From NCBI GenBank assembly GCA_000004985.1, contig GG738927.1: a DNA stretch of 64,000 bases. One strand, 5' to 3'. The DNA is from Naegleria gruberi (Eukaryota). A model generated the notes under the pieces. That model worked only from the letters and a program-made list of their open reading frames with translations, had not been told where the DNA came from and did no database searches. This document shows positions 29,875-41,039 of this stretch, piece after piece. Made by a program: the position numbers and the translations under genes. Position 1 is the first letter of the stretch, and each line of letters begins with the position of its first letter.

Positions 29875-32800
29875 TTATTTCATTTTGGATTTTTTTGCAT
29901 GCTCTAGAGTATCCATTGCTGATTCAGATCTTAATCCAAGCTTATTGATCCTTCTGGATGTTACAGTTGTTGAAGGTCTAGGTTTTTCGTCGATTGAAGT
30001 AGCAACACTCTTACTTCTCTGTTGACCAATTGATGGTATTCTGTGAATATGTGGAGGAGCCTGCACTTCAGATGAAGCAGAAGCCACTTGTTTTCTTCCC
30101 TTCACGCCAAACTTTGGAACGACAGGAGCTGAAACTAAATGAACATTTGTAGGACTGACACTGTTTGTTGGTGTAATGGAATTAAAACTATTTCTTTCAT
30201 GAATATTAATCAAATTAATGCTACTTATATTCATGATACTATTATTTGCTGTAGTTGTAGAGTTGTTGAGCTTATCCAATTGACCTAATGTGTTAATATC
30301 ATAAAGTAATGAATCATCTGTAGGTTGAGATGGTTGAGTTGGCAGAGCTGGGGTTTCTGCTGATTTCTTACTTGTTGCTGGAAAACCTTTGATTTTTAAC
30401 AGTGGTCTCATTAGATAATCTGTAGGGGTGATATGTTCATAATCCTCTTCACTATCACTATCACTATCAGTCTCCAGTCCAATTTTAGATTCATTGCCCA
30501 ATTCTGAAAGTATTTCCGAAATATTTTGAGGAGTGTATCTAATAACATTAAATTCTTTCTCAATAAGATGTTCCTTCTTAGAAGGGGACAATGAACGAGT
30601 ATTTTGCTTAATGTCATAATATTGGCTTGTTTCTTCCTCTTCTAATTGTTGAAGTAATTCTTCTTTCATTTTGCTAATTGAGTCAGGATGACCTTTTGAC
30701 ATTTGATTCCAGCTTGTCAATACTTTTTCTAATCTGTCTTGCTCTTCCTTCATCAATGCTTCCAATCGTTTTTGTTTCGAAGAGTTACTCAACTCAATAT
30801 GTTGTCCTAATGACTTGAATAGAGTTGGTGTGGTTATAGTGAGGGAAGCTCCTGGATGAAGTCCTTGAGAGCTGTTTGGTCTGCTGCCATTACTACTGGT
30901 AGATCTTCTATTACCATTATAATTTCTGGTACTTCCATCAGAGAAGAGTGTTTTTGAGTATGAGACGGTATGGTTAGGATCAGAGCCATCTATTGGATTT
31001 TTACCAATAAAAAGATCCCCAAAGCCATCATTGTTGTCACCCAAAATTCTTGAATTACCTCTATTTCTTCTTGCTAAATTTGTTGAAAAACCATGTGCAT
31101 TATTTCTTCCATTGAACGATCCAGTATTCCATGTTGGTGATAATCTAGAATTTGATTCATCATCAGCTCCATTATTACCTCTATTGAGGAAATCAGCAAT
31201 GGACATGTTTGGATTATTAAAGTCATAAAGCAAATTTCCATGCTCATCATAAAATTTACGATAAAGAGGGTGTGAAGGATCCATATTTCTAATAAATTCT
31301 TCTGTTAATTCTTCCTCATCCAACTTGTACTTGTAATTGTTATTGGTTTTATCTTTAAGGAATTCACTGCGTTTTCTGTTTTTAGAAATTACAACAGAGA
31401 GTTTCGTGCTTGCAGGTTTAGTTGATTTACCATCACTATTCGCTGTTGTATTCCCATCACTATTTGATTTATCATCTCCAGATCCACCAGCTCCCTTCTT
31501 TAAAACCAAATTACCATTTTCATCATAGTAATAATCATTATAACCATGTTCTCTCAATTCTCTACCCTCTTGACTGATAAGTAATCGCTCAATAAGAGTC
31601 ATGGTTCCAAGTCTTCTTTTTGGTCTAATTGCTTGAATATTAACATTGTTGTCATCCATCATTGCTGAAAACTTGACGCTCTTCCTTTCAGGTTTTATCA
31701 TTTGAGTATGTTCATCTGGATTAGTAGGGGAATCTGTGACATCAAGACTCTCTTCTTCTACTACTGGTTTTTCATCTTCACTGATAGAAATCACAGGAAG
31801 GGCATTATCTTGGTTAGCAACCAATAATTTGGCTTGTTCTGCCTCATCCATTGATTTTCTTCTTGCTTCAAGAATCATTTGTTTAATGTCATTATCTCCT
31901 CTTGAGAATTCTAATGAGGCAAGTCTATGGAGACGTTTTTCAGGAGATGAAGAGCGTTGATCAACCATTATTTCTTCCTCTTCATCATTTGTAGCGTCCA
32001 ATAAAACAGATGTATCTTCATTGAGGGGTGTAGTTGGTGAGGCAGTTGACTGGGTTTCATTCAAAGCTTCTTCCCCTGGTTCTGGAGTTACCACTGTTAA
32101 TGGAGAAGATAATGCTACTACTGAAGATGATCTGGAATTAGTATTTCTACTTGATGATCTACTACTTGTTCTGCTATTAGTTCTACTGTTTCCTCTACTA
32201 TTACTTCTGCTTGACCGATTACTCTTACTTTGTTGCTTAGGTTCAGCTTCTTTCTCTTTTTGTAATTGTTCCTCTTTGATTCTTGCTTCCTCTTGTTGTA
32301 ATTTTGTCTTGAACTTGTGGAAATCATAGTCTGGATCACTTTCATCAATTTCTACTGTTTGAATTGGTTCTTCTTTTGGTTTTGGAACCTGTTCAACAAC
32401 TTCTGGAGTTATCTTTGGAGAAGGTATTGTTATGTCTTGAGTAGAGTTTGTGCTTCTGGTAGTATTCATACTTGTAGGGATATTACCCCTTGATGTATTA
32501 GCACTTGATTTTGATTTATCATCAGGTTTAAGTGATTTTAAGGCAGTGCCAAGGTTAGTATTTGGATTTCTACTTGAAATTGGATTGTTATCAATAGTAG
32601 ATCGACTACTAACAGGAATGTTTGACTTCCTTGAACTAACCTTATTTGTTTGATCAAATGAGGCTATGCTTAAAGTTGGGTTACTTGTAGATATTGTCAA
32701 TTCAATTTCATTTTCTAATTCATCAGGTTTCAATTCTTTAAATACAGTTTTAGGGAAATCAGTCTGCACTCCAGAATCGCTTCTTTCAATAGGCGGAGGA

Positions 32801-35178
32801 GAAACATACTTTTCCACAACTTTTTCAACTGTTTCAATAACTCTTTCTATTACTGGTTCTGGAGGTATAACTGCCTTATTTTTTTCTGCTAAATCAGATT
32901 GAAGATCACTGATTTCACTTCTAAGATAGGATATTTTAGAGAGGAGTTTGGTAATTTCAGTGTTCAATTTGATATTTTCATTACTCAAATCCAGAATGTG
33001 CGATTCCTGAACAGTGAGCAAATCATCCTTATCTGCCATATCTCGTTTCAGTCTTTCGATTTCATTAATATAATATTGAGTCTTATCAACATAAGTTCTT
33101 TGATATTCGTCTTTCCATTCATTCAATTCTCTTAATCTGGTCGTCAAGTCTTCAATTTTGAAGAGGAGATTGTTCTTAGTTCTTGTTAAATCATCCTCTC
33201 TAATGTGAGATTTGTCAATTTCTTTTTGTAAAATGAAAGTCTCAGTTTCTAAAGCTACAATTAACTCTCTATAGGCCTTATACTTTCTTAGAGGTTTCAT
33301 TATACTTTCTTTTATCTTTTCAGGATCCTCAAAGTCTTTAATTTTTGCCTGAGCTTCATCTAGTTGGGCAGTAAGTTTGGTTATACGTTTTTCTTTTGAT
33401 CTTATTTGTTTCTTGAGTTGAGAAACGACAGGATTGACAACTATTGGAGTAATTTCATCTCCTTCTCCAACATTAAAAACACTAGCATTAATATTATTAG
33501 GTGCTTGACTTGTTGTAGTGGTATAGTTAGTGAAAGTGGTTGTAGCAGAAGTTACTGAGACGGTATCATCATCTTCATCTGCCTCTACAGAACCAGGAGA
33601 TCTTTCTGTTGCTGATCCTGACTTATTTAAAGCAGGAGTTGCAATATTTACTGGTGGTATTGCAACTTCCTCCATAGCAACCATAGCTTGTGCTTTTTGG
33701 ATATTTTGTAAAGCAGATAGCTCCCTTTTGATTTTTTCATTCTCCTTCTCTAATTGCAAAGCCTTATCAAGTAATGATTGATATTGATCGTGTGGAATGT
33801 TATTATCACCGTATAATCTTTGAGCTTTAAATTTGAAAGCATTCGCTGTCTCCATTAACTTTTCAATTAAATCAGTATTTGTTTGACTATGCTTTTTCAA
33901 CTTCTCAAAAGTATCAGCTTGAAAAGTATTGATAGAGTTCAAAAGGTTTCTAATTTCATTGTCTCTATCATCAAGAGCGTTTTTAGTTTGTAATAAGATT
34001 TGATTAAGTTCCTTAATATTTTCATCTTCCAAAAATGATAACGTTAGAACTGCATCAAAATTTTCAGGAAAGTAAGAGGGTGGAACGTATTGATAGTTGA
34101 GTTTTGTTAGTTCTTCTTTCAGACAAAGTATCTCTTTGAAATATTCTGTTCTTTGCTCTTCAAGCATTTTATCTCTCTTTTCCACAAGTGAGTTTAATAC
34201 CTGATTTTCCACTTGTAATTTTCTGTGTTTATCAATACCAATTAGATTAGAATCGTGATTTTCCTTATTAGATTCCATTTCTTGTTCCTTCTTTAATTGT
34301 AGTGAGCTTTTTAGTCTCAATACAAATTCTTGTTGCCAAAATTTAAATACCAGGTTTATCCTCTCATCGAAAAAGCTTTGTATTTCCTCGTCTGTCTTGA
34401 TTATACTACCAGTTCCACTCTGTTTCTTCTCCAATTTTTCCACTACATTTTTCTTGAAATTGTCCAAAAAAACATCCTCATCAGTTGTTGTGATAATATC
34501 TACTTTTTTGAAAAGTTCAACTTTAGTGAATTCCAAGTGCTCAGAAAGTCTCTTGACTACCTGCTCAATAAAATCAAGTGTTTCATCATTACCGTCATCG
34601 TCAGTGGCCACTTTACCAGTAGCTCCAAACTCGCTGAAAGTAACACCTTGCTCCTTTGCCTCCTTTCTCCTCTGCTCCACCACATCTAAGTGTAGCTGAG
34701 CTAATTTAGCGATAATTTTCTTATCCTTAATTTCATGAGCAACTCTTCTCAGTGTTTCCTTTGTTGGTGCTTGATTTTTTAGTGTTTTAATTTCTTTCAG
34801 AGCTGATTGAAATTGGGGAGTGTTGGTATTCAGAATTTTTTGTGACTTGAATTTTGTACTGAGAGGTAGTAAGAGAGGGGACGGAGAAGCTGTAGATGGA
34901 ATTTGAGACATTTGATCGAGATATCCCAGCATTGACTCATTATCGTCAGGATCAGTTGTTTTTGAAACGAGTGAGGCTGAAGAATTTTGATTACTATTAT
35001 TTGATTTGTAATTTCTTCTCTTATTACTAGGGGAAGAATTCGAGTAATTTGAAAAAGCCGAAGCAGATCGTGTACTCGTTGCACTCATTGGAGTTGTCAC
35101 TCCATTGTTTGTAGTCTTAGCCGGAGGAGATGATGACCGACTACTTATCATACTACTATTATTACTAATGCTCGTCAT
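29875..35178 (-). CDS. Very large (1767 aa) coiled-coil, Ser-rich protein of unknown function
   Basis: Continuous ORF with ATG at 35178. It has long heptad-like charged stretches (LKKEQEMESNKENHD..., KIKDFEDPEKIKESIMKPLRKYKAYRELIVALETE...) and S/T/N-rich termini. No motor or other catalytic motif is seen. Confidence 0.6.
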   Translation of the reverse strand: MTSISNNSSMISSRSSSPPAKTTNNGVTTPMSATSTRSASAFSNYSNSSPSNKRRNYKSNNSNQNSSASLVSKTTDPDDNESMLGYLDQMSQIPSTASPSPLLLPLSTKFKSQKILNTNTPQFQSALKEIKTLKNQAPTKETLRRVAHEIKDKKIIAKLAQLHLDVVEQRRKEAKEQGVTFSEFGATGKVATDDDGNDETLDFIEQVVKRLSEHLEFTKVELFKKVDIITTTDEDVFLDNFKKNVVEKLEKKQSGTGSIIKTDEEIQSFFDERINLVFKFWQQEFVLRLKSSLQLKKEQEMESNKENHDSNLIGIDKHRKLQVENQVLNSLVEKRDKMLEEQRTEYFKEILCLKEELTKLNYQYVPPSYFPENFDAVLTLSFLEDENIKELNQILLQTKNALDDRDNEIRNLLNSINTFQADTFEKLKKHSQTNTDLIEKLMETANAFKFKAQRLYGDNNIPHDQYQSLLDKALQLEKENEKIKRELSALQNIQKAQAMVAMEEVAIPPVNIATPALNKSGSATERSPGSVEADEDDDTVSVTSATTTFTNYTTTTSQAPNNINASVFNVGEGDEITPIVVNPVVSQLKKQIRSKEKRITKLTAQLDEAQAKIKDFEDPEKIKESIMKPLRKYKAYRELIVALETETFILQKEIDKSHIREDDLTRTKNNLLFKIEDLTTRLRELNEWKDEYQRTYVDKTQYYINEIERLKRDMADKDDLLTVQESHILDLSNENIKLNTEITKLLSKISYLRSEISDLQSDLAEKNKAVIPPEPVIERVIETVEKVVEKYVSPPPIERSDSGVQTDFPKTVFKELKPDELENEIELTISTSNPTLSIASFDQTNKVSSRKSNIPVSSRSTIDNNPISSRNPNTNLGTALKSLKPDDKSKSSANTSRGNIPTSMNTTRSTNSTQDITIPSPKITPEVVEQVPKPKEEPIQTVEIDESDPDYDFHKFKTKLQQEEARIKEEQLQKEKEAEPKQQSKSNRSSRSNSRGNSRTNSRTSSRSSSRNTNSRSSSVVALSSPLTVVTPEPGEEALNETQSTASPTTPLNEDTSVLLDATNDEEEEIMVDQRSSSPEKRLHRLASLEFSRGDNDIKQMILEARRKSMDEAEQAKLLVANQDNALPVISISEDEKPVVEEESLDVTDSPTNPDEHTQMIKPERKSVKFSAMMDDNNVNIQAIRPKRRLGTMTLIERLLISQEGRELREHGYNDYYYDENGNLVLKKGAGGSGDDKSNSDGNTTANSDGKSTKPASTKLSVVISKNRKRSEFLKDKTNNNYKYKLDEEELTEEFIRNMDPSHPLYRKFYDEHGNLLYDFNNPNMSIADFLNRGNNGADDESNSRLSPTWNTGSFNGRNNAHGFSTNLARRNRGNSRILGDNNDGFGDLFIGKNPIDGSDPNHTVSYSKTLFSDGSTRNYNGNRRSTSSNGSRPNSSQGLHPGASLTITTPTLFKSLGQHIELSNSSKQKRLEALMKEEQDRLEKVLTSWNQMSKGHPDSISKMKEELLQQLEEEETSQYYDIKQNTRSLSPSKKEHLIEKEFNVIRYTPQNISEILSELGNESKIGLETDSDSDSEEDYEHITPTDYLMRPLLKIKGFPATSKKSAETPALPTQPSQPTDDSLLYDINTLGQLDKLNNSTTTANNSIMNISSINLINIHERNSFNSITPTNSVSPTNVHLVSAPVVPKFGVKGRKQVASASSEVQAPPHIHRIPSIGQQRSKSVATSIDEKPRPSTTVTSRRINKLGLRSESAMDTLEHAKKSKMK

Positions 35179-35442
35179 TATTTACAATTCTTAGTTGTTG
35201 TTATTGATGATGATTATGTACATGATATATTCGTTAGTGATGAACCTAGATGCTTGCAGATAATTTTTTAAAGATGAATTTCAATTACTTGAATTTTGGC
35301 GGGAAAATTAAAAGGCTTGAAATGAAGATAAAGGGAACGATTAATATTGTTGACGATAAATATCAATGATGATACGATATCCAATTTGTCATCTCAATAA
35401 TAATTTAATATAAATATAAATAATTAATATTTAAATAAAAAA

Positions 35443-38073
35443 ATGCGAAAATTCTTAAACCTGGGAAAGAAAGGAACATCAACAAAGGACAATGACACCT
35501 CTTCAGCCATTCCGTATGATGAAATTATGGATCGGGTAAAGCAAGATCAAGAGGAAAATCAACAATTACAACAACAACAACATGAACCTCTTAGTACGGG
35601 TGATGATTTTATTCTTGCTTCACTTGTAGAATCAGGCTTTATTACAGGAAGTATTAAAACAGTTTATGAAAGAGGAAAGGAAGATACTTTTTATGAAAGT
35701 TTGGATAATTTTCTTGATAAACAAAAAACGGAAATTGAAACTATTTGTAGTTCTAATTATGAAGAGTTTTTAAAATCTGTTAGTCAATTGAAAAGTGTTA
35801 GAAGTGATGGTAAAATATTGAAAAAAAAGATTATTGGTCTTGATGAAGAAGTTCAAAAAGCTGGAAAGGAAGCTCTAGAATGTGGTAAACAACTTGTTTT
35901 ATATCGAAACATTGCTGAGAATATTCATTCAGCACTTCAAGTTGTTGATCTTTGTAAGCATGTTTCAACATTAGCAACAAAAGTACATCAACAAATTCAA
36001 GAAGAAAAATACTTTTCTGCTCTGAAAACTTTGGAACATTTAGAAAAATCGATAAGAACTGTTCACAAATTTAATTTTGCTAGATTTATTGAAAAACAAA
36101 TTCCAATTTTCAAGAGAAAAATCAAACAGAATGTTGAAAGAGATTTTAATCAATGGTTAGTGAATGTTAGAAATAAGAGTAGAGATATTGGTAAATCAAT
36201 GATTGAAATGCAATTTTCTTTAATGACTACTAATGGAGTTAAATATGACGATTTTGTCAAGACCAATAATTTCAATTTTACATTTCCAAATATTGATATT
36301 ATTAATGACAGCTTGACTGTATTTGATATTCTTGAAAAATATCAAGTTGAATTAACACCTGTATATACTTGTAAACATATTTATGAATCTATGGATTCAT
36401 ATGAACAATTCAAAGGTTACTATAAGAGAAATAGAACTATCCAGTTGAATCATGAAATTAATCATGCACCACTTCTCGAGCAAAAGAAATCAGACAAGGA
36501 TACATCCATTTACCCTGCCACTGTTCAAGAATGGCTTGAAAGAATAATTGGTTTCTTTACTGTAGAATCTGTTACCTTGAGAACAACTTCAAGTTTATTA
36601 TCAAATATTGAATTGAACTCTATGTGGGAACAATCATTGCAAAAAATTCTGACATCTATTGATGAACACTTGGCTATTCGTATGAATAATCCTAAAGAGT
36701 ACTTGAATATGAAGAAGTGTGTTTTAATTTTTAGTTTAACAGCCTCTGAACAATTGGGTCTTCACACATCATTATTGATTGATTTGTTAGCTCACTATAG
36801 AAGTGCCTTCTCTAACTCTATAGAATTTAAATCAATTAGTAATATTGAAGATAGTGATTGTAAGCAACCTTTTACTTGCCCAAGAACAGACAGTGCCGAA
36901 TACAAGGATTTGAAAAAGTATGGACTCATGCAAAATCCTAACAATTATATTGCCTTTTCTGAGATTGTTTTGACATTGGCAACAGAAGTGGAATCTTTCA
37001 TATTGGACTATGAAGTTTATTGTGATAGAATAGTCTCCTACACAACAAGTATCAAACAACTTAAGAGTGGTATTATGAAACTATTCGAACATGCTGTAAA
37101 ATGTTTAGATAAGGAGTTGAATAGTAGTACTGGAACTGGTATTGCTAGATATGTGCAAGTTGTTATTAATTATCAAGCCATTTCTGATTATATCATACCT
37201 TACTTTGAAGATTTTTATGGAAAGAGAGTTAAACAACAATCTACTTCCTCAACTACCTCTTCATCTAAGAACGCTGCCGTTTCTACCTCTGAATCATCAA
37301 CAATCACCTATTTCAAACAAGTTAGTATGCAAGTTCAACAATCTAAGGAAAGAGGAGAAAACTCAATCCTGAGAGAATTGACCTCCAAATGTTCTAAATT
37401 ATTAAGTTTTTGTCAAAATTTCTCATTTGCTCCTGAATATCAAGGAAACGGTGTTATTGGTACAATTACTGACAATTTTAAAACACTTGGTAATAACTTG
37501 GGTATCAATCAACAAGATCCAAAACAACAAATGTACAACGAACCTCATCAATTCGTATTCGACATGATTGAATATTTGGATAATGCTCATCGTACATTAC
37601 AGTATCTTAAGCAAGAGAAAAAGGATCAAATCATGTTCTCTGCATGTGATAGTATAGCTCGCTATTTGCAAAATGTAATAACAAAGGAAATGGAAATAAC
37701 AATGAAAGGAATTGTACCACTGTATAAGGATGTGCAATACTTACTCAAGTTTTGCAATGACACAGAGGGATTGAAGAATTGTGCCTCTTGTTTTGCAGAA
37801 TTAGATTGTGTATTACGTTTCCTGATTGACGAATCAAAATTTTCAGAGGAAGGTTTGGTTAGTTGTGATGAGGAGAATAGACAATTGATAGAACATGAAA
37901 AAGTAATGCAAGAAATTATTGCCAAATTCGAGAAGACTGACCTTAATCGTGACAAATCGTACCTCTTGAAGAGTGTTTTACAACATTTGAAGACTTCACG
38001 AATTGAATTTTTCAAGAGAACAGTCTTGAAGAAACCAGCACTTTTGAAGAATTTGAATTTATTCAAAAAATAA
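35443..38073 (+). CDS. Exocyst complex component Sec15 (EXOC6) homolog
   Basis: 876-aa single-exon ORF. The N-terminal region reads ...EIETICSSNYEEFLKSVSQLKSVRSDGKILKKKIIGLDEEVQKAGKE...EEKYFSALKTLEHLEKS. It parallels the Sec15 N-domain, including the 'YYSALKTMEQLE' block. Confidence 0.75.
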   Translation: MRKFLNLGKKGTSTKDNDTSSAIPYDEIMDRVKQDQEENQQLQQQQHEPLSTGDDFILASLVESGFITGSIKTVYERGKEDTFYESLDNFLDKQKTEIETICSSNYEEFLKSVSQLKSVRSDGKILKKKIIGLDEEVQKAGKEALECGKQLVLYRNIAENIHSALQVVDLCKHVSTLATKVHQQIQEEKYFSALKTLEHLEKSIRTVHKFNFARFIEKQIPIFKRKIKQNVERDFNQWLVNVRNKSRDIGKSMIEMQFSLMTTNGVKYDDFVKTNNFNFTFPNIDIINDSLTVFDILEKYQVELTPVYTCKHIYESMDSYEQFKGYYKRNRTIQLNHEINHAPLLEQKKSDKDTSIYPATVQEWLERIIGFFTVESVTLRTTSSLLSNIELNSMWEQSLQKILTSIDEHLAIRMNNPKEYLNMKKCVLIFSLTASEQLGLHTSLLIDLLAHYRSAFSNSIEFKSISNIEDSDCKQPFTCPRTDSAEYKDLKKYGLMQNPNNYIAFSEIVLTLATEVESFILDYEVYCDRIVSYTTSIKQLKSGIMKLFEHAVKCLDKELNSSTGTGIARYVQVVINYQAISDYIIPYFEDFYGKRVKQQSTSSTTSSSKNAAVSTSESSTITYFKQVSMQVQQSKERGENSILRELTSKCSKLLSFCQNFSFAPEYQGNGVIGTITDNFKTLGNNLGINQQDPKQQMYNEPHQFVFDMIEYLDNAHRTLQYLKQEKKDQIMFSACDSIARYLQNVITKEMEITMKGIVPLYKDVQYLLKFCNDTEGLKNCASCFAELDCVLRFLIDESKFSEEGLVSCDEENRQLIEHEKVMQEIIAKFEKTDLNRDKSYLLKSVLQHLKTSRIEFFKRTVLKKPALLKNLNLFKK

Positions 38074-38125
38074 ATTATTGTTAATATCATTGTAATATTA
38101 ACTAGCAGTTAGAAAGTTAGTAAAC

Positions 38126-40222
38126 TTATAAAATTTCAAATTTCTTTGGTGGTTCTTCTGTGAAATGAATAATAAAATCGTTAGCGTCAATTAAGGAATT
38201 CTTGTACTTGTCATTTTCTTCGTCATATTCGCTGAAGAAACATCCACCATGCTCTTTGTCGAGTGGTTCTGATAATTTCAATATTTCTTGATGTTGAGCA
38301 GTGTTATCATTAAGCTTATCCAGAGCCATTTTTCTTAACCAAAAAGCTCTATCAAACGCTTTCAAAATATTGTAATAATCTCCTTCTTGCATTTCCAATC
38401 TGATGTTTGGGTTCTTGGCATGTTTTTTCATGAAATGGCAAAACTGATCCAACATGGAATGTGATTTGAAAGTAATTTCAGTTGGTATTTTACCATTACT
38501 GAAAAACCCTCCATCTCGTGCTGATCTGGTTCTCTTGAATACCTTTTCGAAAAATTCCTTTTCATTTTCCTTAATTAAATTTTGCATTTCTTTTGAGAGT
38601 TCTAGAGATAACTTGTTCAATTTTCCCATTTTAACCTTTTTGAAAAATTGTTTAACACAAGTATTTTGATTAATCTTCTTATCAAAAATGGATTCCAAAT
38701 GTAAGGTTTGTAATAAATCTGTAACAAAATGTTGACAATTACATGAGCGAGTATTGTATAAATGATAAATATTCCATTTTGATACAACCTGAGCTATTTG
38801 CAAAAACATTTGATCCAAGTTATCAGATCGAATAGTAGCAACATCCAATACAAAGAGTGGATTCATACTTCCAGGTTCTCTAATTTTAACAAGACTACTA
38901 TCATTCCATTCTAAATATACATTTCCAATTAATAGAGCAACATGTACTAGACCAAATTTGCTTTTGATTAAACCACTTGATAATCTCTTCAAGTATCTAT
39001 TAAAGGTTAGATCGGTAATAACAAATTTGATTTTTACATATTCTTTAAATTGATTACCATTACTAATTACATTATTGCTATTAGTATTACTATTCGTATT
39101 GTTATTATTATTATTATTAGTAGAATTATTACTATTCGAAAATAATAAAGGTTTGAAATAGACATATTTCAGTCTTGATGGAATGGCCATATTTTGAGCT
39201 TTCCATGTTAATTCTATTGGTTCAACTTTCTCGGCTCTTCTTTCGTTTTGAATCTTTAATTTTTCAACAACTCGGTTAATTTCTAATTGAAAGCGTTCAT
39301 AGTGTTCATCATCCAAATTCCACAATTCCAACTTTGATTGATATTTACGGAAAGTAGAAGTAATACTTGTTGAATATTGATGAATAATTGATGAATCCGT
39401 CTGTACAACAAAAGAACTACTACTAGCATTTTGTATTGGATCACAGTCTTGAATTCTTGGTGATTTATCCAACTTGGATCTCTCTACCTTGTCGGTAAAA
39501 TCTTCAACATAATCACCTACTGACACTTCTTGATTCTTATCAGTTGAATCGGAATTTTCATCCTCCTCTTCATCGTCCTCTTCATTATCATCTTCGAAAA
39601 TATTTTCTTGTTGTAGTGTTAGAACACTTTTAATATAATCAAAGAATAGTAATAGAATTGAATCCACCTTCTCATCATGTTTTTCATGATAACTCAACTC
39701 GGTGTCTTCAATAAATTGGTCAAAGGTATATTCATTATCATTCTCATCAAATAATTTAAAATAGGTACCATCAATAGATTGTTCTTTGATCATCTCTACA
39801 CATACTTGGACGATATCTTTCTTATGGTCGTCTTGTAGAGTAAATTCATTAGATTTAAATAAGAATAATTTAGTTACGTCCGAGACTGTCCATTCATTAA
39901 CTTTTTGTTTTAAAAGTACTTCTTCAGAATTTCTCTTCTCTGTTGCTGAATTATTATAACCCTCCATAGATAGACCATTAATATTATTATTAGAGGTTGG
40001 AGAAATTAGAATTTGAGGAACATCCTGATGGTAACCATTGGCCGATTGTTGTTGTTGTTTCAAAGACATTGTAGCAGCACTTCCAGTGAGAGTATTCCCT
40101 CCCACTTGAACATTCACTTGTTGTTGTTGATGATGTTGGTGTTGGGTATTATCATTGGCTTGAGATGAATTATTAGTGGATACCTTTTTTCGTTTCGACC
40201 CAGCCGAGTTGTTTTGTCCCAT
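38126..40222 (-). CDS. N-myristoylated (MGxxxS) protein with a C-terminal LRAT/HRASLS-like (NlpC/P60 superfamily) domain
   Basis: Begins MGQNNSAGSKRKK. The C-terminal part has a His box (GLVHVALLIGNVYLEW) and a Cys box (RSCNCQHFVTDLL) resembling the LRAT/H-rev107 NCEHF catalytic motif. The domain call is tentative. Confidence 0.4.
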   Translation of the reverse strand: MGQNNSAGSKRKKVSTNNSSQANDNTQHQHHQQQQVNVQVGGNTLTGSAATMSLKQQQQSANGYHQDVPQILISPTSNNNINGLSMEGYNNSATEKRNSEEVLLKQKVNEWTVSDVTKLFLFKSNEFTLQDDHKKDIVQVCVEMIKEQSIDGTYFKLFDENDNEYTFDQFIEDTELSYHEKHDEKVDSILLLFFDYIKSVLTLQQENIFEDDNEEDDEEEDENSDSTDKNQEVSVGDYVEDFTDKVERSKLDKSPRIQDCDPIQNASSSSFVVQTDSSIIHQYSTSITSTFRKYQSKLELWNLDDEHYERFQLEINRVVEKLKIQNERRAEKVEPIELTWKAQNMAIPSRLKYVYFKPLLFSNSNNSTNNNNNNNTNSNTNSNNVISNGNQFKEYVKIKFVITDLTFNRYLKRLSSGLIKSKFGLVHVALLIGNVYLEWNDSSLVKIREPGSMNPLFVLDVATIRSDNLDQMFLQIAQVVSKWNIYHLYNTRSCNCQHFVTDLLQTLHLESIFDKKINQNTCVKQFFKKVKMGKLNKLSLELSKEMQNLIKENEKEFFEKVFKRTRSARDGGFFSNGKIPTEITFKSHSMLDQFCHFMKKHAKNPNIRLEMQEGDYYNILKAFDRAFWLRKMALDKLNDNTAQHQEILKLSEPLDKEHGGCFFSEYDEENDKYKNSLIDANDFIIHFTEEPPKKFEIL

Positions 40223-41039
40223 CGTTTTGCTCGCTCTTTTAAAGGCTTTTTTTATAAACTTTGTTTGTCGGGAATTTTTTGTTATTGCTGGTTTTTATAC
40301 ACAATATTGGCAGGCAATTAGTAGATGTTTGATTGTTGGGGGGGATTAGGAAATTCATTGGAGGAAATATATCCTTGGTGTACTTTGTTATTATAGATTT
40401 CAGAAAACTTTTATCACTGATTTTTGTTTCTTCAGTACAGCTGTACAATTTGAAAGCGAGGAGGGAAGAAAAGATATTATTGGCAACTTGGATCAAATCA
40501 AGTTGTGATTTAGGGGTAGAGCTTCTAAATTCTCTGTCCTTTACGCTCCTCATCCTTAATTTTAGATATTTCACTTTGATTGTTGAATCAGTAAAAGGAT
40601 TCATTAATCCTTAAATATTGTCAAAAATCGAAAGCATTTTCAGCCACTTTCATGGGAGATGTTATTTCAATTTAGAGCTTGGAGACAATATCTAAATGGA
40701 TCTGTCCATTTAATATGGAATTTTAAATTTAATTTGTAAAATGAAAATGGAAAATCAAATCTATGCTGGAAGGGACACAGTTCGATCGGCTCTTAATACT
40801 GTTCAGAGCAGTTCTCATAGAACAGTAAGGAAATACGATTAAGCAATGAGTCATGACCACTCGATCAAACATGTTCTATCTAGAAAACAGGACTCTATCT
40901 ATTCAGAGAGAATTTTTGTCTCGGTTTTAGAGCCCAAATTTCCATATTTTACCCAAATATTCTTCTTTTTAGGATGCCTAGTTTTTAATAGAGCACAACG
41001 AAAAAAAACAACGAAAAATACCCAAGCGGTTTTCTAAGG

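Noticed and set aside
30411-34699. About a dozen 60-120-aa plus-strand ORFs inside the 29875..35178 region
   Set aside because: All lie antisense to the continuous 1767-aa minus-strand ORF. They are low-complexity shadow frames of a biased coding sequence, not genes.
40239-40614. Overlapping ORFs on opposite strands (40239..40604 minus, 40333..40614 plus)
   Set aside because: They are mutually antisense short ORFs in a promoter or intergenic region, with no domain and no codon-bias difference. They are most likely noise.
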